64,000 nucleotides of DNA, taken from contig OZ243913.1 in assembly GCA_965213705.1 (NCBI GenBank), forward strand, positions 1,504,001 through 1,568,000, read 5' to 3'. Origin of the DNA: Trueperaceae bacterium (lineage in GTDB: Bacteria; Deinococcota; Deinococci; Deinococcales; Trueperaceae). Both the position numbers and the translations under genes were made by a program. Below the pieces are notes generated by a model. That model did not search any database and was not told the DNA's origin. It saw nothing but the letters and a program-made list of their open reading frames with translations. Below, one piece after another: positions 31,586 through 40,137 of the stretch; within the stretch, counting starts at the first letter, position 1, and every line of letters begins with the position of its first letter.

Positions 31586-32059
31586 CTAGGGTGTAACCCC
31601 TTCAACGCCGATACTCGAGACCTCTACAGCCATAGCCAGCACTAAAGCTATCGCCGCCCTACTGCGACCTTCAGAGGTGCTGGGGTATGTCCAGCCCTGA
31701 GTAGCTGCAAGCGCGTCGACCGGGTTATGGGGCGGCTTGGGAACACGCTCAGGTGTCAGGTGATAGGGAATGTTCTTGCCTTTGTAGTGCGCAGGTTCGG
31801 CAGCTTGGGCCGCGCTGTACCAGGCGTACCAGGGGGCGGGCTCTAAACCCAACTCAGCAAAACGCTCGTGTTCATTGCTCACGTTTTCAGCGTCACGTTC
31901 AGGTGAGACCGGCCACTCGCTTTTCAACACCTCAAGCAGTGGGTCTATAGCCTCTTCTGGCATTCTGTCGAGCGTCCTGTTCATATAACTTTCCCAGCTT
32001 GCAGACCAGCGCTCATAGGCGAGCGGCTCGAGCTTGTTCAAACGCTGTTTAAGACTCAT
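31586..32059 (-). CDS. Hypothetical protein with N-terminal MSLKQRLNKLE motif
   Basis: ATG 32059 overlaps the end of the upstream ORF; last gene of the leftward operon. Confidence 0.65.
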   Translation of the reverse strand: MSLKQRLNKLEPLAYERWSASWESYMNRTLDRMPEEAIDPLLEVLKSEWPVSPERDAENVSNEHERFAELGLEPAPWYAWYSAAQAAEPAHYKGKNIPYHLTPERVPKPPHNPVDALAATQGWTYPSTSEGRSRAAIALVLAMAVEVSSIGVEGVTP

Positions 32060-32291
32060 CCCGCAACCACCAATGCGCCTCCCAACCCTTACCGACACGC
32101 CGCTCCAAAACGCCCGGCAAGTTGCTGAACAGCGAGTCCTGTATCTCTCTCACCGTCGCCGGGGTCATGCTCTGGCTTATCTCCTCTAAAAACGCTTGTA
32201 ACTCGTGCTGCAAAGCGTGCGCCGTCAGACGGTTTACAAGCTGTGCTGCTACCTCGACCTCGAGCTGTCCTAAACGTGTCTTGAGGCTCAC
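32049..32291 (-). CDS. Hypothetical protein with N-terminal MSLKTRLGQLE motif
   Basis: GTGA overlap with the upstream gene. Confidence 0.65.
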   Translation of the reverse strand: MSLKTRLGQLEVEVAAQLVNRLTAHALQHELQAFLEEISQSMTPATVREIQDSLFSNLPGVLERRVGKGWEAHWWLRDES

Positions 32292-32593
32292 GCCGCTACG
32301 TCCCTAATCACGTTGCTGTGTGCCTGCTCGAGAGCTTCTACCCGCGCTTCCAACTCGCCTACTTCCAACGCTTTCAAGTAGGTGCTGGCTGACTGACTCA
32401 GGGCGTGGGTGAGCTTGCACAGTTCGGTTGTATCCGTCTCGTCGGCCTCGACCACGCCTGCGAGGTGCGTCTCGAGTTTGGTAATGGCGCTCCACAGCAC
32501 TTGGCTGAGTTGTTTGACGGTGCCGGGCTTGGGGCGGTTGATTCGTTTTTTGCCACGCCGGGCTTTACTCGCGTCGGGGTTCGGGTTTGCCAC
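32288..32593 (-). CDS. Hypothetical helical protein, basic N-terminus and C-terminal ELEARVEALE coiled coil
   Basis: G-rich RBS; lies in a tightly overlapping operon. Confidence 0.65.
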   Translation of the reverse strand: MANPNPDASKARRGKKRINRPKPGTVKQLSQVLWSAITKLETHLAGVVEADETDTTELCKLTHALSQSASTYLKALEVGELEARVEALEQAHSNVIRDVAA

Positions 32594-32900
32594 TGTCCCC
32601 CCCCTCTCTAAAAGCTAACAGGTCGTTTAGTCTCATGACGATGAGCGGTTCCTTTCTGTCTGCCTTCAGGATAAGCCCGTCTCGGTGCTCGAGCCAGTCG
32701 TAAAGCGTTTTGAAGTCTTTACGGGCCTTGACCTCGAGACACAACTCTCGACCCTTCAGTGTGACGCACACGTCGCCGGGGTAGCCCGTGACGTTGCCTG
32801 AGAGGGGGACGCGCTTGGCCGTTAGTCCCGCTTCGACAAGGCGTTTTACCACCTCACGCTCGGCGCGGTCGCCTTTGCGTTTGGGGCGTTTGCCGCTCAC
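32565..32900 (-). CDS. Holliday-junction resolvase-like PD-(D/E)xK nuclease (Hjc type)
   Basis: KG.RAEREV..L...G, RVPLSG, PGD, LEVK. Confidence 0.8.
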   Translation of the reverse strand: MSGKRPKRKGDRAEREVVKRLVEAGLTAKRVPLSGNVTGYPGDVCVTLKGRELCLEVKARKDFKTLYDWLEHRDGLILKADRKEPLIVMRLNDLLAFREGGDSGKPEPRRE

Positions 32901-33313
32901 GCTTTGGCTTTCGTTCTCAGGTAAGCGACTGCCGCCTCGAGCCGCTCGTAAATGTCCGCTGGGTCGTCTCGGAACAGTTCGGTAAGTCGCTTGTTAATTC
33001 GTTCGGGCAACTCGCCCATCTCAAACAACAGCAACAGGCCGCGCACCTCGTCCGACAGGTTTACAGGCGGCTCGAGTACCTTGTAGAGTTCCCAGCGACC
33101 GCGTGAGCGGACGAAGGTCACTGACTCGCCACGGTCGTAAGCGGCTGCAATGTCAGGGGGCATGGGCGGCTCGGCTTGCGTTGTCAGGTCGGCACGTACC
33201 GACTTTTCAATACGGTCAGGGTGTTGAGTTGCCGTCACTTGTAAACGGTTCACAGATAGCAAAGGTTTCTCTTGGGGCGGCTCGGTTTTTCTCAACAATT
33301 TGAGGTAACTCAT
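32897..33313 (-). CDS. Hypothetical protein (element)
   Basis: ORF with GTGA overlap to the resolvase gene. Confidence 0.55.
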   Translation of the reverse strand: MSYLKLLRKTEPPQEKPLLSVNRLQVTATQHPDRIEKSVRADLTTQAEPPMPPDIAAAYDRGESVTFVRSRGRWELYKVLEPPVNLSDEVRGLLLLFEMGELPERINKRLTELFRDDPADIYERLEAAVAYLRTKAKA

Positions 33314-33320
33314 AACACTT

Positions 33321-33391
33321 GCGAAACAAGCGAATAAAGCGAAAGAAGGGTAAGGGTGCCTATCTTCGTTCGCTTCTTTCGCTTAATTCGC
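33321..33391. promoter_or_regulatory. Putative replication origin iterons
   Basis: GCGAA x3 at 9-bp period facing inverted TTCGC x3 at 9-bp period, directly after the primase gene. Confidence 0.65.
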
Positions 33392-35671
33392 ACCTCCCAA
33401 CAGCCAGCGCTCGGAAGTCCTACCCTCGGTCGGCTCGAGCACCCTGTGGGCGAGACCGAGAGACTCGAGTAACTCGAGCGCGGTTTGAATAGCCTCGGCA
33501 TTTTTGTGGCGTCCGAACAAGTTGCTGAGGTCGGTACGGGTCAGCCCCTTTTCAGCCTTTTTGAGGGCGTCAAGAATCGTGTCGGCGGTCGGGTCGCCCA
33601 ACCCTGCCCCGAAGATGTACGCGGCGCTCCGTTCGGAGTATTCCCACAGTGCGAGGGCGGCGTGCAAGTGCTCGGGTTCGATGGTCGCGCTGTGGTCGAG
33701 TAGGGCGTAGGTGAGGGCAAGCCGGAGCACCTGCGCCTCGGAACGGGCCAACAGCGAACCTAAAAGGCCGGGTTTGGCTTCCGAGAGTGCAGGGTAAACC
33801 GCCACCCACTCGTGACGGGTTGCCTCACCCCAAGAGACGCGCTTAATCTGCTGGGCAAGCTGTAAAGCGGTAGCGGTGTGGTTTGCCAGGTCGCGTAAAG
33901 CCTCTTGGCTCAAGTTGCCGCCGAAGGGTAAGTGCTTGCTGCGTCTGACGGCGAGCCAGATAAAGCGGTTGCCAAAGCCGTTGGCGCTCTCGGTCGCGGT
34001 GAGGTAGTTCAGCAGTTCGGCGCGGGTGATGTGGCCGACGATGCTGATGTGCGCTCCGGTCGCCACAGCGGGGCTCGCTTTGGTGAGGGTACGCAGGTCG
34101 CCGCTGTCCCAAGCGCTACGCAGCACCGGACTCAGCGTGTTGCCGTCGCGTCCCAACACTCTCAGGACGCGAGCAAACTCACCCTCGACCACCATGAGCC
34201 GCTTGTCCGCTTCGCCGTGGTCGGTGATGACTTCTTGATAGCGTGTAACCTCGCCCTTTTTCTTCACGGGTTCTTTTTTCACGATGGGGTCGCGTACCGC
34301 CCAGATGAGCCCTTCACCGCTACTCATGCCGTCGACGATGCGGGCGGCCCACTCAGGGGCGGCATCTTTGAAAACTGCTTTGACGTAGCTCCAGGACGTG
34401 CCTTTTCGGGCTTTGGAGCTTTCACCCACAAGGTTGGCGAACAAGCGAGCGCTGTGCTTCCCGCCCTCGATGGCGACGTAAGGACCGACGCCCACGGCGT
34501 TGCCGAAAGAGGCCAGGTAATTTATCAAGAGGGCTACCGGGTCGGCCTCGCTGTGTGGCTCGAGGGTTCTCACGACTCTGCCGGCCAGCCCGTGATAAGC
34601 GGCCTCGTCTAGCGGTGAGGGAAAATTCAAGGTTTGGGTGGGTTGCGAATGATGCGAAGTATCGGCACGAGTATTTGAGGTTGCTTGGGCATCGTTAAAG
34701 GCAGCGCCGCGCTCTTTCAGGCCGACGCCTGACAAGTCCCTTGGCTCTTGCTCGCCACTGCTTAGCCCGCTGGCGATGGTTTTACGCGCCTCGGTTTGGT
34801 CCAGGCCACAGGTGAGGGCGGCGTCAAGTAGCACGCCCTCGACCATCGGCTTATTTAGAGCGCCCGCCCCGACAAGCTGACCGAGTGAAAAGGCGGCTTT
34901 GTTGAGGGTGTCGTTACGCCCGCCCTCCGAAGAGGCTGCTACCCGCTGCGCCTCACCGTGCAAAGCAGCCAGGGCGTACTTACTTTGATGGTCGCTGACC
35001 GTGAGCACGGGGCTAGGGGCGGGGGGTTTGGGAAGCTCGAGCTTCAGGCCGAACGCTTCTATAAACTCGGCCCGTGTGTGAAGCGTGCCGTTTGCCTCTT
35101 CCAACAGGCTCATGACCGGCTCGCCTTTGGTGTGGTAAAAGCCGGGCACCCTCAGCACCCGTGACAGGTTCTTACTCTCGGGACCGGCCCCGAAGCGGTC
35201 TATCAGTTGGACTTGAAACACTTTGAACTCGGCTAGAGGTAGGTCAGCGACTAACCAGTAAGCGTGTAGTTTGTGGGGAAGCGAAGAGCGCACGATGAGC
35301 GAGGGCTTCAGGGGTGCGCTCAGCAGTTCTCGCAAGTTGCCGCCGGGCGTCGCCTCGTCTTTGTCTATTTCTACAGACAGCGCCCTTATGCCGGTGATGT
35401 CCTGGTCTCGAGTTCCTTTGCCTCTCAAGGTGCGGGGCTCGACGTTGGGGTCGGCTCGGTTGATGACGGCGAACACGCCGTAACCTTCACGGTTGGACTG
35501 AACACAACTCGCAAAGTCCGCCTCTGTTTCGGGGTAGCCCCAAACGTGTCTCGTCTTGCCGGTGTGAGGGTGAATGTCTCTGAACTCGGTTGGTTCGTTT
35601 CCGAACAGTGTCCGGCAAAAGGTCAAGGCCATAGCGGTGTCGGGGACAAGCTCGAGGGTGGGGGCACTCAC
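33383..35671 (-). CDS. RepB-type (AEP) primase fused to a DUF3987-like helicase domain
   Basis: RALSVEID, PSLIVRSS..KLHAYW, SRVLRVPGFYH.K; GGRNDTLN helical domain; VGESSKARKGTS, SSGEGLI, L..AWD, NGF.NRF. Confidence 0.8.
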   Translation of the reverse strand: MSAPTLELVPDTAMALTFCRTLFGNEPTEFRDIHPHTGKTRHVWGYPETEADFASCVQSNREGYGVFAVINRADPNVEPRTLRGKGTRDQDITGIRALSVEIDKDEATPGGNLRELLSAPLKPSLIVRSSLPHKLHAYWLVADLPLAEFKVFQVQLIDRFGAGPESKNLSRVLRVPGFYHTKGEPVMSLLEEANGTLHTRAEFIEAFGLKLELPKPPAPSPVLTVSDHQSKYALAALHGEAQRVAASSEGGRNDTLNKAAFSLGQLVGAGALNKPMVEGVLLDAALTCGLDQTEARKTIASGLSSGEQEPRDLSGVGLKERGAAFNDAQATSNTRADTSHHSQPTQTLNFPSPLDEAAYHGLAGRVVRTLEPHSEADPVALLINYLASFGNAVGVGPYVAIEGGKHSARLFANLVGESSKARKGTSWSYVKAVFKDAAPEWAARIVDGMSSGEGLIWAVRDPIVKKEPVKKKGEVTRYQEVITDHGEADKRLMVVEGEFARVLRVLGRDGNTLSPVLRSAWDSGDLRTLTKASPAVATGAHISIVGHITRAELLNYLTATESANGFGNRFIWLAVRRSKHLPFGGNLSQEALRDLANHTATALQLAQQIKRVSWGEATRHEWVAVYPALSEAKPGLLGSLLARSEAQVLRLALTYALLDHSATIEPEHLHAALALWEYSERSAAYIFGAGLGDPTADTILDALKKAEKGLTRTDLSNLFGRHKNAEAIQTALELLESLGLAHRVLEPTEGRTSERWLLGGAN

Positions 35672-35868
35672 GCGCGGTCCCCCAGAGTGAGTGGGTACGG
35701 CTCGAGGGTCAGGGGTCGGCTTAGGACTCGCCAGCAGCGGGCGCAGTAGTAGCAGGTCTCGTCAACGGTCGGGCAGCAGTGGGGGCTCGAGGGGCAGTGT
35801 GGTAAAATGCCTCCAGCACTCTCGCAGGTATTGTTTGTTCGAGCCCGCTCTGCTAAGCGGGCTTTCAT
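35668..35868 (-). CDS. Small Cys-rich hypothetical protein
   Basis: Coupled at both ends (TAATG and GTGA overlaps); CP....CC...CYYCARC. Confidence 0.5.
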   Translation of the reverse strand: MKARLAERARTNNTCESAGGILPHCPSSPHCCPTVDETCYYCARCWRVLSRPLTLEPYPLTLGDRA

Positions 35869-36059
35869 TATGCGGCCTCCGTTTCGTCGTACCCCTCGAG
35901 CCAGCGGTCCAGTGCTGCACGCCGGATGAGCACGCGCGCCCCGGCGCGGCGGTGGGGGATGGTGGGGAGCATTTTGCGTAGCGTCATTCGGGAGAGCCCT
36001 GCATAGCGCGCGGCTTGTGCGGTGTTCATAACTTCGGGTTCATTTTGCTTTGCTTTCAT
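35868..36059 (-). CDS. Excisionase/AlpA-like HTH protein
   Basis: MNTAQAARYAGLSRMTL...IPHRRAG.RVLIRRAALDRWL; AGGAGG RBS. Confidence 0.85.
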   Translation of the reverse strand: MKAKQNEPEVMNTAQAARYAGLSRMTLRKMLPTIPHRRAGARVLIRRAALDRWLEGYDETEAA

Positions 36060-36121
36060 GTTTAGCCTCCTACAACTAGAGTTAGAGCGCTCTGTATGTA
36101 GGATGCCTTATACTGCCTTTT

Positions 36122-37210
36122 ATGAACAGAGAGAAATCTATCGGAAAATCTATAAGTTTTTTCTGGGCACCAAAGCCTTATCCTTTTCAATGGGCAGAGT
36201 CACCCGATGAGGTACCACCCTGGGACGCTTCACGGGGCTTCCCTGCGGATGTCGGAGCAGATGTTAAAAGGCGACCGGAGCCAGCCAACCCCTATGAAGT
36301 TAGTTCGTTGCGACCCTTTTTGCGCGACCATGTCGACTATGTTGACCGTGTAGAAACTTGGGAGCCTACACCTGCACCAACAAAGGGATACCCGCGCTTA
36401 ATTAGAAAATCGGTAAAAATGATGCCTCTTCCTTTGTACTACCGTCATGAAGATGACATAGTAGGTGCATTGGCTCCGCTTGCAAAATATATACAGGCGT
36501 GGCGCGAAGACAAACCAGTAAAAGTCTTAAGAAATAAAATTTTAGAACTTGCTGAACGGTATGGGCCTCCAAATGAGGCCAAGGAAAACACGCTCGAGGT
36601 TTGGCTCGAGTTAATTACCTTTGTGGACGTACATTTGAGTGCATTGCGTGATTTCAAGCTGTATGGATATGAAGGGATGTTGACTGAACTTGCATATAGG
36701 TGTGACGAACTAGAAAAGTTGAAAATCGTTGATGAGGATGCCACGCGCCGCGCTTTTGAGCTTGCAGAGAAGAAATACGACCCGTCAAAACCTCCGTTTA
36801 ATACGCCTTTGCCTGTCATGATTCAAGATTTAGGCTCAATCCAACATTCAAAATGGTGGTACACAAGAAGGCTGCTTTGGGTTTATGAACGGCTTGCCAA
36901 AGGAAATCACAGTCCTCAATCATATAGAACAGAGGTGGCAGACGACTTATTCAATTCGTTCAGTTTATTGATGAAACAAAACGATTGGGACTACTTAATA
37001 GAGTTTGCGCCGTGGGGAACTATTCTTCATTGTCCCATAAAGCCTTGGGTTGCTTTCAAACTATCCGAGTTGTGGCGACACGAGGCACCTGTGGAAGCTT
37101 GTCCTGTTTGCGGTATGCTTTTCGCACGCACTCACGGCAATCAAAAGTATTGCAGAGGGGGGACGTGTGCCGGAAAAGCCTATGAGCTAAAACGTCCTAA
37201 GCGGAGTTGA
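36122..37210 (+). CDS. Hypothetical protein with C-terminal CGNR-like zinc finger
   Basis: CPVCGMLF......QKYC....C at the C-terminus; AT-rich; TATACT-7-ATG leaderless start. Confidence 0.7.
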   Translation: MNREKSIGKSISFFWAPKPYPFQWAESPDEVPPWDASRGFPADVGADVKRRPEPANPYEVSSLRPFLRDHVDYVDRVETWEPTPAPTKGYPRLIRKSVKMMPLPLYYRHEDDIVGALAPLAKYIQAWREDKPVKVLRNKILELAERYGPPNEAKENTLEVWLELITFVDVHLSALRDFKLYGYEGMLTELAYRCDELEKLKIVDEDATRRAFELAEKKYDPSKPPFNTPLPVMIQDLGSIQHSKWWYTRRLLWVYERLAKGNHSPQSYRTEVADDLFNSFSLLMKQNDWDYLIEFAPWGTILHCPIKPWVAFKLSELWRHEAPVEACPVCGMLFARTHGNQKYCRGGTCAGKAYELKRPKRS

Positions 37211-37371
37211 AAGATTGCCTCTAAGCTCAAGGTGCTTGCACCTTAACTGCACCTACAAGCTCTGTTATCCGCTGATTTACACCTTTAGTTCTATATAGCC
37301 AGAGTGGAGTTTATACTGTCCTGTACGTTATACCTGCATTTCCCTGTATAGCCTTGTTTTGCTTAAAAATG

Positions 37372-37422
37372 ACACTGACACTGTGGGGGTCGGCAGTTCA
37401 ATCCTGCCCGCGCCTACCAAAA
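37372..37422 (+). repeat. attR core (51 bp; 3' tRNA-Val fragment)
   Basis: Identical to 28319-28369; lacks the tRNA 5' half. Confidence 0.93.
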
Positions 37423-37637
37423 AGCTGTGCGAACGGCAAACCAAAAACTCTGCCAAAAGCGAAGTTTTTTTCGTTGTCGTAACTTCTTTTACGGAAAATT
37501 TTTACGGGGAAATTGACCGCGGCGCGTACTACCTGCGAAAGGCGCTGCGGTCGTCAGCTCAAAGTCTGAGCCGTTCTTAAGCGTGCAATGCGGGTGCAGC
37601 ACTTATATTTGCGGCTCGAGCTTTGCTACTTTGCGTT

Positions 37638-38579
37638 ATGCCGACCCTTCTCCTCGCCGTCGACGAACAAAGGTTGCCCGAAGGAAGTGTAAGAAGCGTC
37701 AGAAAGCTCGCCCCCGACTACGACGTCCTCGTCAGCCGGGACGCTCAGGAAATTGAAGAGCGCGCGGCCGACATTGAAGTGGCGGCGGGTAGTTTTCCCA
37801 GGGCCTTGCTCGCAAACATGCCGCAGCTCAGGTGGTTCCAACAGTGGGGCGCCGGTGCTGACTGGTTGCGCGACCATCCCCAGCTGCGCGCCAAAGACTT
37901 CGTCCTCACCAACGCTTCGGGCGTTCACCCGGTTCAGATAGGCGAACACGTCTTCGCGCTGCTGCTCGCGTTTGCCCGGCAGTTGCCCAAAGCGCTCGAG
38001 GCGCAGCGGCAAAGAAAGTGGCTCGAGCTGGGCAACCATGACGTGTTCGAGCTTCAGGACAAAATGCTGCTTTTGGTCGGTGTTGGGGCTATCGGGGAGC
38101 GCACAGCGCGGCTGGCCCAGGCTTTCGGGATGCGGGTCGTCGGGCTGCGCCGCCACCCGGCGAGAAACGTGCCGGGCGTCGACCGAATGGTCGGCCTAGA
38201 CGGTTTGCACGCCGAGTTGCCCGGTGCCGACGCCGTCGTCCTCACCGTGCCCCTGACCCGTGAGACCCGGCACCTTCTCGGCGCACGCGAACTCGCCCTG
38301 ATGAAAGACAGCGCCTGCCTCGTCAACATCGGCCGGGGCGGCACGGTTGACGAGGCGGCGCTCGTGAAAGCCCTCGAGGCGGGTAAGTTTGCCGGGGTCG
38401 GTTTAGACGTGTTCGAGCACGAACCCTTGCCTGACGACTCGCCCCTGTGGACTTTTGAGCGCGTCGTCGTCACCGCGCACTACGACGCGCGCGCTTTCGG
38501 TATCTTCGTGGACAACCTGGGGCGCTACCTAAAAGGTGAGGAGCTGACCAACGTGGTGGACAAGGACCTCGGCTACTGA
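37638..38579 (+). CDS. D-2-hydroxyacid dehydrogenase
   Basis: GAGAD, TNASGVH, GVGAIG, PLTRET, NIGRG..VDE, LDVFEHEPL. Confidence 0.9.
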   Translation: MPTLLLAVDEQRLPEGSVRSVRKLAPDYDVLVSRDAQEIEERAADIEVAAGSFPRALLANMPQLRWFQQWGAGADWLRDHPQLRAKDFVLTNASGVHPVQIGEHVFALLLAFARQLPKALEAQRQRKWLELGNHDVFELQDKMLLLVGVGAIGERTARLAQAFGMRVVGLRRHPARNVPGVDRMVGLDGLHAELPGADAVVLTVPLTRETRHLLGARELALMKDSACLVNIGRGGTVDEAALVKALEAGKFAGVGLDVFEHEPLPDDSPLWTFERVVVTAHYDARAFGIFVDNLGRYLKGEELTNVVDKDLGY

Positions 38580-38861
38580 CAACACACCGAGTTTGCCCCG
38601 CACTTTTGTCGGGTTGGGGTCCGCCGCAAACAGGGCAGCCGAACCCCCCAGGGGGTTCGGCTGTCTGAGGTGAGCAGGGAAGGCGTAAGGGTCAGTTGCT
38701 CAGTAAAAACAGTCTAGCAGCCGAACTGTCACAAAATTCTGACACGCCCCTCGGGGCTGCGGGCAGCCCAAGCTTGAAAAAGGTTTAATAAAGACTGTCC
38801 TGAGCTTTGAGTTTCAAAAAGGAGTTTCCATGTTCGACCTCAGTCAGAAATCGACCCGCCG

Positions 38862-39845
38862 ATGAAGGTGCTGTTCGTCGGCGGCACCGGCGTCATCAGT
38901 TCGGCTTGTTCCCAGCTGGCTGTGAAACGCGGCACCGACCTCTACTTGCTCAACCGGGGTAACAGTTCACGACCCCCGCCGGAGGGCGCGCACATTCTCC
39001 ACGGCGACATTCGCGACGAAGCGTCCACGCGCGCGGCGTTGGGCGAGCACCACTTTGACGCGGTGGTGAACTGGGTCGCTTTTACACCCGAACACGTCGA
39101 GACCGATTTGCGCCTGTTCAGGGGTAAAACGCAGCAGTACGTTTTTATCAGTTCGGCCTCGGCCTACCAGACGCCGCCGCTGAGCTTGCCCGTTACGGAG
39201 TCCACGCCGCTCGCCAACCCGTTTTGGGCGTACTCGAGAAACAAAATCGCCTGCGAAGAACGTTTGGTGCAGGCCTACCGCGAAGAGGGGTTTCCCGCCA
39301 CCATCGTCCGGCCCTCGCACACCTACGACCGAACGTCGTTGCCGGTGGGAGGTTACACGGTCGTCGACCGTATGAGGCGAGGCAAAAAGGTCGTCGTTCA
39401 CGGTGACGGCACCTCCGTGTGGGTCCTGACCCACCACCGCGACTTCGCCAAAGGTTTCGTGGGCTTGCTGGGCAACCCGCACGCGGTCGGGGACGCTTTT
39501 CACATCACCTCGGACGAACTGCTGACCTGGAACCAAATTTTTGAGACGGTGGCGCGGGCGGCCGGTACGACCGCCGACATCGTCCACGTTCCGTCCGACC
39601 TCATCGCTGCTCACGACCCCGATTGGGGCGCGGGGCTGTTGGGCGACAAGGCGCACAGCATGGTCTTCGACAACACCAAAATTAAGCGGCTCGTGCCCGA
39701 CTACGTCGCCACTGTTCCGTTTGCGCGTGGAGCTGAGGAAATCATGGCCTGGTTCGACGCCGACCCGGCCCGGCAAAAAGTCGACGACGAGCGCGACCGC
39801 TTGATGGACGAAATCATTGCCGCTCAAGTGTCGGCGCTGCCTTGA
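38862..39845 (+). CDS. NAD-dependent epimerase/dehydratase (extended SDR)
   Basis: GGTGVIS, FISSAS, YSRNK, RPSHTY. Confidence 0.9.
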   Translation: MKVLFVGGTGVISSACSQLAVKRGTDLYLLNRGNSSRPPPEGAHILHGDIRDEASTRAALGEHHFDAVVNWVAFTPEHVETDLRLFRGKTQQYVFISSASAYQTPPLSLPVTESTPLANPFWAYSRNKIACEERLVQAYREEGFPATIVRPSHTYDRTSLPVGGYTVVDRMRRGKKVVVHGDGTSVWVLTHHRDFAKGFVGLLGNPHAVGDAFHITSDELLTWNQIFETVARAAGTTADIVHVPSDLIAAHDPDWGAGLLGDKAHSMVFDNTKIKRLVPDYVATVPFARGAEEIMAWFDADPARQKVDDERDRLMDEIIAAQVSALP

Positions 39846-40137
39846 TGAAAAGTTATCTTGATGCGAGGCTACCCCGATAAAAAAGTTGAGCCGTTCGGCG
39901 TATCTCGAGGTCGAACTCGGGTCTGCACAACCTCTCACTGGGTATCCGGCGGTAAGTAGGACTTTTCAACCTTGAAACGAAAGCCGTGAGACGGTCCGTT
40001 TCAAACCTCGCCCTGCGGACCGCCGCTGACGGCCAAAGGTGCGTTTGGGAACGACTCGGTTTGTAGCTTCGGAAACTTTCTGCGTGATTGCTGCCTAAAT
40101 CCCCGGTTCAAAAACCTACTGCTCAGAAACCCACCAC

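Larger units (their letters stand above)
28319..37422. mobile_element. ~9.1-kb integrative element (phage-satellite-like island) in tRNA-Val
   Basis: Identical 51-bp direct repeats (28319-28369 and 37372-37422) covering the 3' part of the tRNA; integrase next to the left att; primase, excisionase-like and resolvase genes; lower GC than the flanks. Confidence 0.92.

Noticed and set aside
37372..37422. Second tRNA-Val gene
   Set aside because: Only the 3' part is present, with no D-arm or 5' acceptor strand; it is attR
28319..37422. Complete prophage or ICE
   Set aside because: No recognisable capsid, portal, large terminase, tail, lysis, relaxase or T4SS genes
38967..39938. Long antisense or alternate-frame ORFs (also 9208-10077, 43970-44854, 53702-54745, 59231-60256)
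   Set aside because: Shadow ORFs expected at high GC; they overlap well-supported genes and lack motifs
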